Of a stretch of DNA of 64,000 nucleotides, positions 32,323 to 40,575 are shown one piece after another. The stretch comes from Myxococcota bacterium. Its GTDB lineage: Bacteria; Myxococcota_A; UBA9160; JAFDDA01. Below the pieces are notes generated by a model. It had not been told where the DNA came from and did not search any database. It saw only the letters and a list, made by a program, of their open reading frames with translations. A program made the translations under genes and the position numbers. The DNA lies in the NCBI GenBank assembly GCA_965228475.1, contig OZ245817.1, forward strand, positions 2,516,209-2,580,208. The letters run 5' to 3'. Position 1 is the stretch's first letter, and the number at the start of each line of letters is the position of its first letter.

Positions 32323-32624
32323 CCGGTGGGCGGCCGGTGGCCCAACCCGACGAGTGCACTTCCTCTGGTTTCGGAGGACGTTACAGCAAACCTGAGTCGC
32401 CGCTGCCGGGGCCGGGGCGGCGAAATCCCGGCGCGCAGGTCAGGCGGGCGCGGTATGCTGGCGTTGCGGCGCGAGCCACCGGAGCGCGCCGCACCCCGAC
32501 CGGGCCGGAGAAGCCCGGCCGCGGCCAGGAGGAGCGGAAATCCTGGTCAGGATCAGCCGGTTACGGGGTATGATTGCCGGCCACGGCCACGGCGACGACC
32601 GGGCCAAGCGAAGGAGAAGGCACG

Positions 32625-32942
32625 ATGACACGATTCCTGGCCCTGGCTGCCGCGTTGGCCCTCGTCGCGGGGACCGCGGTTGCGGACATGCACGAGGGCG
32701 GTGAAGCCATGATGGAGGAGGCGCCCGCCTACCAGCTCGACACGGAGTTCGTGTGCGGCTCGGCCCTCGAATCCCAAGGCCACTACGCCGACAACCTGAT
32801 CACCTGGCTCCAAGGTCGCTGCCAGGACGGGTTCATCGGGGCGGACGTCTGCAAGGAAATCAACCACTACGTGGCCGCCTACAACGCTCAGGTCAAGGAA
32901 CAGGTCGCGGCCTGCCACGAGAAGATCAAGAGCGGCGGCTGA
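32625..32942 (+). CDS. Small secreted 4-Cys protein (105 aa)
   Basis: SD AAGGAGAAGG. Signal peptide MTRFLALAAALALVAGTAVA. The mature part has 4 Cys (FVCGS, GRCQDG, DVCKE, AACHEK). No family recognised. Confidence 0.65.
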   Translation: MTRFLALAAALALVAGTAVADMHEGGEAMMEEAPAYQLDTEFVCGSALESQGHYADNLITWLQGRCQDGFIGADVCKEINHYVAAYNAQVKEQVAACHEKIKSGG

Positions 32943-32954
32943 TCGGTCCAGGCG

Positions 32955-33019
32955 AGGACGGCGCGAGGCCGTCCTTCGTCGATCCCGAGCCGGCCCGGCA
33001 TCCGTCCGGCCGGCTCGGG
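32955..33019. terminator. Two strong hairpins between convergent genes
   Basis: AGGACGGC gcgag GCCGTCCT (32955-32975), and a 12-bp stem CCCGAGCCGGCC(32984-32995)/GGCCGGCTCGGG(33008-33019). Confidence 0.5.
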
Positions 33020-33083
33020 GCGACCTCCCGCCCGCGTCTCTCCCCTGAGGCGCCACGGGCCCGCGTCGGGCCCCTCCCCCCGA

Positions 33084-34676
33084 TCAACGTACGTAGCCGA
33101 GCGCTCGAAGCCGCTCGGTCATGGCGTCGTCGTCGACGCTCCTGCCTTCCGCAGCGGTCTCGGCGAGGCTCGGTAGATCCTCCGCCGGGACGACCCGCAC
33201 CGGATTCGCCGCCAGGTAGGCGGGCGCCAGCCACGCCTTCGGGAAGCGCCCCTCGAGATCGTCCGGGACCGGCTGGCCGGCCAGGTACGCAATGAGCGAG
33301 GCGATGTCGAGGACGGAGATCCGCCCGCGTTCGGCGACGGCCTTCAAGGGCCCGCCCGCGGCGACGAAGACCGCGATCGGATGGTGGGTGCCATCGAAGC
33401 GCTCGACGAAGGCGAGATCCCCGGCGCGGACCGGCTTTCCCGCGACGCGCAGGGTGGCGTCCGGGCCGAGCTCGGTCATGCGGCCGTCGTGGAAGCGGGC
33501 GATCACCCAGCCGTGGGCCGGCTCGTCGAACTCCGCGCCGAAGAAGCGGCGTGCCACGAAGCGCAGCCCGTACTGCTTCGCGCGCTCGAACCAGGAGCGC
33601 GCGGCCTCGGCCGGCCGCGGCGCTTCGTCGAGCTGCATCACCCGCATCAACGGAGCGCCCTCGGCGTCGGTGATGGATTCGTAGAAGGCGACCACCCGGG
33701 CCTGGACCGCGTCGCGCGCAGCGAACGGGCCGGGGTGGATGCGCACGACGGAGATGCCCCACTCCCGGATCACCGTGAAGCCATCGCGGCTTTCGTCGAG
33801 ACCCGCGGAGGCGAGGTACTCCTTCGCGCGGCCGACCCAGATCCCCTCGTCGCGTTCCGGGTCCGCCTGGAAGCCGTGGTCCGAAGCGATCATCAGCACG
33901 TCCTCGGGGCCGAGGGCCGCCGCAATCTGCCCAAGGCCCGCATCGACCTGCCGCATCGCCTCGAAGAGCAGGCTCCCCTCGCGCGGCGCCGCGCGCCGGG
34001 GCCCGTCGCCGAAGTCCTCGGGGTACGCCTCCCGCCAGAAGCGGTGCGACGCGCGGTCGACGCCGTAGAGAATCGTGGCGGCGACCTCCGGCTCGAAGCG
34101 CTCGACCAGCCGCAGGAAGAGACCGGGCTTGCGCGCGAGTTCGTCGCGGATCTGGGCGACGGCCTCCTCACGGCTGAAGGCCGGCTCCGGGTAGTCGAAG
34201 CGCCAGGGTGCGACGCCGGCCTGCTCGAAGAGGTCCGGCGGGAAGACGCTCGGGTCGCGCCGCATCCACCCCGGTGCCGCGAACCCGCCCGGCAGGCTCG
34301 GCGGCGGCCAGCTCACGAGATACTCGAAGAGTCCGACGCGAACGCCCGCCGCTGCGAGGCGTTCGAACACCGTCGGCGTCTTCACGTCGAGGCGGGTCGC
34401 CAGGAAACCGCCGATGCCATGGGCCTCCGGCGAGCGGCCCGTGGCCACGCTCGTCCAGACCACGGGCGAGACCACCGGCTCGACCGTCTCGAGCTCCGCC
34501 GAGACGCCGCGGCGCAGGAGCGCGTCGAAGGCCGGCAGGTGCCCCTCGGCGCGCATCCCGTCGATCACCCGCCAGGAGGCGCCGTCGATTCCGACCAGCA
34601 CGACCCGCGCCTCCGCCGCCGGCGGAACGAGGCCGAGCCAGAGGGACAGCATCGCGGCGCGGGCCACGCGACTCAT
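33084..34676 (-). CDS. Alkaline-phosphatase-superfamily nucleotide pyrophosphatase/phosphodiesterase-like protein
   Basis: Signal-like N-terminus. VVLVGIDGASWRVID, SPVVWTSVATGRSPEAHGI and VLMIASDHGF are type-I phosphodiesterase (NPP) signatures. Confidence 0.8.
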   Translation of the reverse strand: MSRVARAAMLSLWLGLVPPAAEARVVLVGIDGASWRVIDGMRAEGHLPAFDALLRRGVSAELETVEPVVSPVVWTSVATGRSPEAHGIGGFLATRLDVKTPTVFERLAAAGVRVGLFEYLVSWPPPSLPGGFAAPGWMRRDPSVFPPDLFEQAGVAPWRFDYPEPAFSREEAVAQIRDELARKPGLFLRLVERFEPEVAATILYGVDRASHRFWREAYPEDFGDGPRRAAPREGSLLFEAMRQVDAGLGQIAAALGPEDVLMIASDHGFQADPERDEGIWVGRAKEYLASAGLDESRDGFTVIREWGISVVRIHPGPFAARDAVQARVVAFYESITDAEGAPLMRVMQLDEAPRPAEAARSWFERAKQYGLRFVARRFFGAEFDEPAHGWVIARFHDGRMTELGPDATLRVAGKPVRAGDLAFVERFDGTHHPIAVFVAAGGPLKAVAERGRISVLDIASLIAYLAGQPVPDDLEGRFPKAWLAPAYLAANPVRVVPAEDLPSLAETAAEGRSVDDDAMTERLRALGYVR

Positions 34677-36079
34677 GCGCCCTCCCCCGGCTTCGAGCGG
34701 GTGAAGAAGTAGGCGACGCCGCCGACGGCCACGGTCAGCAGGCCGAGCGAGGATTCGAGGGGCCGGGCCTCGAAGGCCCAGAACATCGTCCAGGTCGAGA
34801 TCGCGAGGAAGAGCAGCGGCGGCAGCGGATAGGCCCAGACCCGGAAGGGCCGCGGCAGATCCGGCCGCCGGATGCGCAGCACGATCACGCTCGCGACCGC
34901 GAGACTCCCGAACAGACTCAGCGTGAACCCGGCGTACTGCATGATCTGGTCCACGGAGCCCGCCAGGATGATCGCGCTCGTCACCAGGCCCTGGAGGAGA
35001 AGCGAGCGCAGCGGGGTGCCGTCGGCCTGGGTCTGCGAGAGGAAGCCGAGCGCGGGTGTGTCGCGCCCGACGGCGTAGTAGACGCGCGGGCCCGCCAGGG
35101 TCATGGCCGAGGCCGAGGCGAGCAGCGAGACCGCGAGAACGAGGATCGTCGCCGTGACGCCGCCTTCGCCGAAGAGGCCCCGCGACGCGACGAGCCCGAC
35201 CTCGACCTTGCCGGCCAGCTCGTCGACGGAAGCGCCGTAGAAGTAGACCGCGTTCAGGCCGAGGTAGAGCAGCATCACCGTGGCCGTCCCAAACAGCAGC
35301 GCCCGCGGAAGCGTCCGCTGGGGCTCCCGCAGCTCGCCCGCGAGATAGGCCGCCGCGTTCCAGCCCGAGTAGCAGAACATCACGAAGATCAGCGAGGTCG
35401 CGAACGCCCCGAGCGCCGCGGTCCCCTCGGGCCGCGCGATCGTCTCCGATGCGCGGAACAGCCCCGCGGCGTCGCCGTCACCGACCGCCGCGGCGCCGAG
35501 CAGGATGCCGAGGATGCCCAGGACCTTCAGGGCGGTGAGGCCGTCGTTGATGCCGAGGCCCGCGCGCATGCGCAGTGCATGGGCGGCGATCAGCAGCCAG
35601 ACGAGCCCGACGGCCAGCGTGTCGTTCAACCCGAGCGAACCGACGAGATCGGCGTCGGTCCCGAGCACGGGAAAGAAGTGGCTCCCGTAGCGGACGAGGC
35701 TCTCGAGCGCCGAGGCGATCGGCGCCGAGAAACCGGCCGTCAGCGAAACCAGCGCGCTCATGAACGCGAACGCCCCGCCGAAGGCCTCGCGCAGGTAGAC
35801 GTACTCGCCGCCGGCGTGGGGCATGGCGGCGCCGAGCTCGCTGTAGGAGAGCGCGCCGCAGAGCGCGAGCACGCCGCCGAGGATCCACAGCCCGTAGATC
35901 CAGGTCGGGTCGCCGAGGGCCTGGGCCTGGAAGCCGGTCGTGGTGAAGATGCCTGCGCCGATCATGTTGGCGACGACGAGCGCGAAGGCCGACCGCAGCG
36001 GGATGGAGCGCTTCTGCGCTGCGCCGGCCGCAGGCGCGCCCGAGCCCTGCCCTTGCGGGCCTGCCGGTGAATTGCTCAT
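34673..36079 (-). CDS. APC-family amino acid permease
   Basis: FALVVANMIGAGIFTTTG and GALSYSELGAAMPHAGGEYVYLREAFG are present, with about 12 TM helices. ATGA overlap with the downstream gene. Start at ATG 36079. Confidence 0.85.
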   Translation of the reverse strand: MSNSPAGPQGQGSGAPAAGAAQKRSIPLRSAFALVVANMIGAGIFTTTGFQAQALGDPTWIYGLWILGGVLALCGALSYSELGAAMPHAGGEYVYLREAFGGAFAFMSALVSLTAGFSAPIASALESLVRYGSHFFPVLGTDADLVGSLGLNDTLAVGLVWLLIAAHALRMRAGLGINDGLTALKVLGILGILLGAAAVGDGDAAGLFRASETIARPEGTAALGAFATSLIFVMFCYSGWNAAAYLAGELREPQRTLPRALLFGTATVMLLYLGLNAVYFYGASVDELAGKVEVGLVASRGLFGEGGVTATILVLAVSLLASASAMTLAGPRVYYAVGRDTPALGFLSQTQADGTPLRSLLLQGLVTSAIILAGSVDQIMQYAGFTLSLFGSLAVASVIVLRIRRPDLPRPFRVWAYPLPPLLFLAISTWTMFWAFEARPLESSLGLLTVAVGGVAYFFTRSKPGEGA

Positions 36080-36214
36080 GGGCGCCTCATCCCCCGATCC
36101 CGTGCACAAGTGGTACGCTGCCGCGCCGGCCGACGCCGCAGTCTAACCACCCCCCGCACGATCGAGGAGTCCCGATCCGATGAAGCCCTTCGCCGCCCCG
36201 GGAGCGTCGACCCG

Positions 36215-36946
36215 ATGAAGTCCTACGCCGCTCCGCTCGGGCTCGTCGCCGTGCTGCTCGCGGGTGCCAACGTCTACCAGTGGCAGACGGCCGCGTGGTC
36301 CTCGGACCGGACGATCGCCGACCGCTTCACCTACGTCTGGGCCAACCAGCCCGACACCTGGTACCAGAACACCTTCATGGGGATCCAGACCTGGCAGAAT
36401 CCCCTCGACGTCTGGGTGACCCTCGAGATCATCTGGGACGTCAAGCCCGATGCCATCCTCGAGACCGGCACCTTCAAGGGCGGCAGCGCCCTGCTCTGGG
36501 CGATGTTCCTCGAGCACGCCAACCCGAACGGCCGGGTCGTGACGATCGACCTCCACCCCCAGGCCTTCGACGCGCGCCGCCGCAAGCTCGCCATCGAACG
36601 CATCGACTTCCACTACGGGAGCAGCACCGACGAAGAGATCGTCGGCAAGGTCTACGAGCAGCTCGAGGGCCAGAAGGTGCTCGCGATCCTGGATTCCTGG
36701 CACGCGAAGGATCACGTGCTCGGGGAGCTCCGGGCCTTCGCGGATCTGATCCCGGTCGGCAGCTACATCATCGTCCAGGACGGCGCCGTCTGCGGCCACC
36801 CGCTCGACGACGCCGAGCCCTGCCCCGGCCCCTACGAGGCCGTTGAGGCGTTCCTCGCCGAAGACGACCGCTACGTCCCGATCCGGGAGCACGAGCGCCA
36901 CCTGATGACCGCGAACCCCATGGGCTTCCTCAAGCGGGTGAAATGA
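36215..36946 (+). CDS. CmcI/cephalosporin-hydroxylase-family SAM methyltransferase with an N-terminal anchor
   Basis: FMGIQTWQNPLDVWVTLEIIWDVKPDAILETGTFKGGSALLWA and ILDSWHAKDHVLGELR are present. Confidence 0.8.
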   Translation: MKSYAAPLGLVAVLLAGANVYQWQTAAWSSDRTIADRFTYVWANQPDTWYQNTFMGIQTWQNPLDVWVTLEIIWDVKPDAILETGTFKGGSALLWAMFLEHANPNGRVVTIDLHPQAFDARRRKLAIERIDFHYGSSTDEEIVGKVYEQLEGQKVLAILDSWHAKDHVLGELRAFADLIPVGSYIIVQDGAVCGHPLDDAEPCPGPYEAVEAFLAEDDRYVPIREHERHLMTANPMGFLKRVK

Positions 36947-37581
36947 CGGGAGCAGCCTCCGAGAGGCGGCGGAAGCCGACGGGCGACACGCGGGAGCGCA
37001 TCCTCGAGGTCGCCGAGGAGCTGGTGGCCCGGCACGGCATGGAAGGCCTGCGGCTGAAGGACGTGGCCGAGCGCGTCGGGATCCAGCCGCCCTCGGTCTT
37101 CGCCCACTTCGGCGGGCGCGAGGCGATCGGCGACGCCGTCGCCCACCGCGTGCTGTCCCGGATCGCCGAAGCGCTCGGCGCCGAACTCTCCCGGCCGGAC
37201 TCCCCCGAGCGGCGCCTGCGCGCGGGCGTCCGCACCGTCGCCGAGCACCTCTACGATCACCCCGGTCACACGCGGCTGATCCTGCGCGACCTCGCCCGCA
37301 CGCGGACCGGCGACGAACTCTCCCTCTGGTCGCCGGAGGTCGTCCGCCTCGTCGACCAGGTCGATGCCCTGCTCGCGGAGGGCGCCCGCGAAGGAGCCTT
37401 CCGCGAGGTTCCAACGACCTCGTTCTTCCCCATGATCGAGGGCGCCATCGTCGCGATGATCGGCTGGGCAGGCTTCCAGGAGGACGGCCGCCCCTCGACG
37501 TCCGCCTCCCGCGCACAGATCGTCGAACGCGTCGAAGACCTCGCCTGGAGCTACGTCCGGCCGGTAGCCGCGCCGAGCTAG
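36943..37581 (+). CDS. TetR/AcrR-family transcriptional regulator
   Basis: TRERILEVAEELVARHGMEGLRLKDVAERVGIQPPSVFAHFGGREA is a helix-turn-helix motif. ATGA overlap with the methyltransferase stop. Confidence 0.85.
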   Translation: MTGAASERRRKPTGDTRERILEVAEELVARHGMEGLRLKDVAERVGIQPPSVFAHFGGREAIGDAVAHRVLSRIAEALGAELSRPDSPERRLRAGVRTVAEHLYDHPGHTRLILRDLARTRTGDELSLWSPEVVRLVDQVDALLAEGAREGAFREVPTTSFFPMIEGAIVAMIGWAGFQEDGRPSTSASRAQIVERVEDLAWSYVRPVAAPS

Positions 37582-38159
37582 ATCTCCGCGCGCTGCGCCT
37601 CGGGCCCCCAGGCCTGGAAGACGCGCTCGGCGTAGCGGCGCGGGATCGGATGCCCGCGGCGCAGGAGCCGCGCCACGCGGGTCGGGCCGGCGTTGTAGGC
37701 CGCGAGCGCCACCTGCACGTCGCCGAAGCGATCGATCAGCTCCTCCAGGTAGCGCACGCCGAGGCGCACGTTCTGGACCGGGTCATAGAGGGTTTCGGGC
37801 CCCTGCCACGGGATGCCGTGGTCGAGGGCCAGGTGGAGGCCGGTGTTCGGGAGGAGCTGCATGAGGCCCCGGGCGCCGGCGTGGGAGCGCGCGCGGATCC
37901 GGCCGCCGCTCTCGACCTCGATCACGGCCAGGACCATGGCCGGGGAGAGCCCGGCCCGCTCGGCTTCGTCCACGACGGCCGGGACGAGGCGGGCCAGGTC
38001 GCGATCGGTCAGGCCCGTCGTGCGGGCCTCGAAGTACTCGCGGACCGCGGCCTCGGGATTGCGCTCGAGGGCCGTCGCTCCCGGCATCTCGGCCGGAACC
38101 CAGTGCACCGAGGTGAGCACCAGGCTCACCGCGAACAGCAGCGCGTAGCGTCCACGCAT
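37578..38159 (-). CDS. Lytic transglycosylase (SLT domain)
   Basis: AVIEVESGGRIRARSHAGARGLMQLLPNTG and LAAYNAGPTRV are present, with a signal-like N-terminus and SD AGGAG. Confidence 0.85.
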   Translation of the reverse strand: MRGRYALLFAVSLVLTSVHWVPAEMPGATALERNPEAAVREYFEARTTGLTDRDLARLVPAVVDEAERAGLSPAMVLAVIEVESGGRIRARSHAGARGLMQLLPNTGLHLALDHGIPWQGPETLYDPVQNVRLGVRYLEELIDRFGDVQVALAAYNAGPTRVARLLRRGHPIPRRYAERVFQAWGPEAQRAEI

Positions 38160-38520
38160 CTTGGACTCCTCGGGCTCCCGCCTCGAGCCGGACCCTGCAG
38201 CGAAGCCGCAGGCTCGGCTCTCGATGGGTGCCCTCGACGCCCCTTCGGGCATCGCGGCGTTCCGTCCTGGGATTGTACCCGCCTCGGGGCTCCCGGTTTC
38301 AACCCCGGGGGCCCTGGCCGGGCGGTTTCGTCCCAGGGGGCGGCCTGGGCCCGCCCTCACGGATCTTCACGGCCGATCATCCAGGGCCCTTGACCGCCTC
38401 GGTCACAGAGTGCCCCCGCGGGGACTCTCGTGGAAGCCGGGGCGGGCCTGCCGCGAATCTTCTGCACGTTTCGCGCTGGCCGACCGATCGGTAAGCTGGG
38501 CGCGCGCCCTGGAGCCCCGC

Positions 38521-40005
38521 ATGGCAACCGAACCCGTCGACAGCGCCGTTCTCGAGACCGCCCCCCTCGCCCCCGGCGAGCTCTTCCGCATCTGGTCGAA
38601 GCACCTGACCTCGCTCTTCCTCCCCGGCCTGAGCCTCGCCTTCGTCCTGACCGGCCCGCACGCGTGGTGGGTCGCGATCCTCTTCGTGCTCCCGACCGTC
38701 TTCATGCACCACGTCGACTGCTCGCTGAAAGTCGAGCGTCGGCAGCCGTCGCGAAGCGTTCCGGCCTGGCCCTTCGACGCGCTCGTCTACGTGCTGGCGG
38801 GGCTGCAGGTCTGGGTGATCGTCGAACTCGTCCGCATGTTCGCCGCCGGCCAGGGCATCTTCTCGGTCGACATGGTGATGACGTTCCTCGTCGTCGGCGG
38901 GAGCAGCGGTTTCTCCATCATCACCGCCCACGAGCTGATCCACCGCCCGCGCAAGTGGGAGCAGCAGATCGGGCGGCTCCTGCTCTCCCTCGTGCTCTAC
39001 GAGCACTTCTACACCGAGCACCTGCGCGGCCATCACGTGCGCGTCGGCACCGCCGACGACCCGGCCACCGCGCGCTTCGGCGAGCGCTACGAGCCCTTCT
39101 TCCGGCGCACCGTGCCGGCCCAGTTCAGGAGCGCCTGGCGCCTCGAGACCCGGCGCCTCGGCGACGAGAACATGTCGCTCTTCGACGCCCGCCAGCTCGG
39201 CAACCGCGTCCTCCACGGCCTCGTCTTCGAGTGGGGGCTCGCCCTCGCGGTCCTCGGCTTCTTCGGCATCGCGGCCTTCGTGGCCTTCGTGGTGCAGGCT
39301 TTCATGGCGGTCCGCCTGCTCGAGGCCGTGAACTACTTCGAGCACTGGGGCCTCCAGCGCCGGGGCAACCGCGTCGCCCCCGTCGACTCCTGGGACACCC
39401 ACGGCTGGTTCACCTACTACGGCCTCGTCGGACTCTCGCGCCACGCGGACCACCACGCCTATCCGATCCGCCCCTACCAGAAGCTCCGCGTCTGGGAGGA
39501 GGCCCCGGTCCTCCCTTACGGCTACGTCGGCACCGTCGACCAGGTCATGGCGAAGAACGACGAGTTCATGGAGACGGCGACGGTCGAGCTCGGGCGCCGC
39601 CGCCTCGGGCCGTTCTTCGAGGAGGGCGCCGAGCCGCTCTCGAAGGAAGCGTCCCTCGCGCGCCTCGCGGAGGCGGCGGAGGCCGAAGGCGGCGAGACGA
39701 CCTACGGGCCGATCAGCGCGCTGCGCGCCTTCTTCGGATGGTTCCGTTCGCCCGCACGCATCGCCGGCCTCGTCATCGGCATGGCCTTGCTCTCGGCGGG
39801 CCTCGTGTACCTCGAGACCGGCGCGGCCGCGATGGGCCTCGGCGCGCGGGCGCTGCTCCACCTGTGGATCTTCGCGTCGGTTGCGGTGTTCATCTTCATC
39901 GGGCACCAACTGAACGTGAGGACCGAGCACGAGTCCTTCTCCTGGAGCGTGGCCATGGCCGTGCTCGCCGTACTCGGTACGGCTTCGGGAGCCCTCATCG
40001 GCTGA
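38521..40005 (+). CDS. AlkB-type membrane di-iron hydroxylase/desaturase-family protein with a C-terminal membrane extension
   Basis: His boxes HELIHRP, EHLRGHH, NYFEHWGL and LSRHADHHA are present. An extra roughly 130 aa includes additional hydrophobic helices. Confidence 0.8.
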   Translation: MATEPVDSAVLETAPLAPGELFRIWSKHLTSLFLPGLSLAFVLTGPHAWWVAILFVLPTVFMHHVDCSLKVERRQPSRSVPAWPFDALVYVLAGLQVWVIVELVRMFAAGQGIFSVDMVMTFLVVGGSSGFSIITAHELIHRPRKWEQQIGRLLLSLVLYEHFYTEHLRGHHVRVGTADDPATARFGERYEPFFRRTVPAQFRSAWRLETRRLGDENMSLFDARQLGNRVLHGLVFEWGLALAVLGFFGIAAFVAFVVQAFMAVRLLEAVNYFEHWGLQRRGNRVAPVDSWDTHGWFTYYGLVGLSRHADHHAYPIRPYQKLRVWEEAPVLPYGYVGTVDQVMAKNDEFMETATVELGRRRLGPFFEEGAEPLSKEASLARLAEAAEAEGGETTYGPISALRAFFGWFRSPARIAGLVIGMALLSAGLVYLETGAAAMGLGARALLHLWIFASVAVFIFIGHQLNVRTEHESFSWSVAMAVLAVLGTASGALIG

Positions 40006-40051
40006 GGCGCGGGCGTGTCCGAACGAGGCACTCCCGGCACGGGAGGCCCGG

Positions 40052-40519
40052 ATGGCCTGGAAGAACTGGCGCAAGGAAGTGCCGGACGTCGCCGTCGACT
40101 TCACCTGCTTCGACGTCAAGCGCCGCACGACCGGCCAGAAGCACGTCCTCTTCCGCCTGGTCGACCCGCTCGTCGTCACGCGCCACGACACCGGCGAGAC
40201 GCTCGAGCTCGCGCCGGGCTTCCTGAGCGACGGCTCGAGCGTCCCCGGCGCGCTCTGGGGCGCCCTCCACGCCGATCCGGCGGACCTGCTCGTTCCCGGC
40301 TTCGCCCACGACTACGCCTACCGGAAGAAGGCCGTCTGGCGGAAACCCGGCGGCGCGACGCGCGAGATCGACCGCTACCAGGCCGACCTCCTCCACATCG
40401 CCGTGTGCCGACGCCTACGCATCCGGAAGTCCGACCAGGAGAAGATCTTCTTCGCCCTGCGGGTGGCCGGCGGCTTCTCCTATCGCAACCGGAAGATCGG
40501 CTGGGACGGCACGGGCTAG
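40052..40519 (+). CDS. DUF1353-domain protein
   Basis: LELAPGFLSDGSSVPGALW and VPGFAHDYAYR match the DUF1353 pattern (tDgaSiP ... HDylY). Confidence 0.65.
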   Translation: MAWKNWRKEVPDVAVDFTCFDVKRRTTGQKHVLFRLVDPLVVTRHDTGETLELAPGFLSDGSSVPGALWGALHADPADLLVPGFAHDYAYRKKAVWRKPGGATREIDRYQADLLHIAVCRRLRIRKSDQEKIFFALRVAGGFSYRNRKIGWDGTG

Positions 40520-40538
40520 CGCCAGGCCGACGCGCCGC

Positions 40539-40568
40539 TTGCGCCCGCTGCACCCGCGCTCGTAGGAT
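40539..40568 (+). promoter_or_regulatory. Candidate promoter TTGCGC-N18-TAGGAT, 7 nt upstream of ATG 40576 (leaderless candidate)
   Basis: TTGCGC at 40539-40544, TAGGAT at 40563-40568, and no SD before the ATG. Confidence 0.35.
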
Positions 40569-40575
40569 CGAGCGC

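Noticed and set aside
40015-40575. N-terminal 187 codons of the 927-aa track ORF (DUF3604 gene)
   Set aside because: This part overlaps the DUF1353 gene in another frame and is Arg/Pro-rich. A lipoprotein signal begins exactly at ATG 40576 with a -10-like element upstream.
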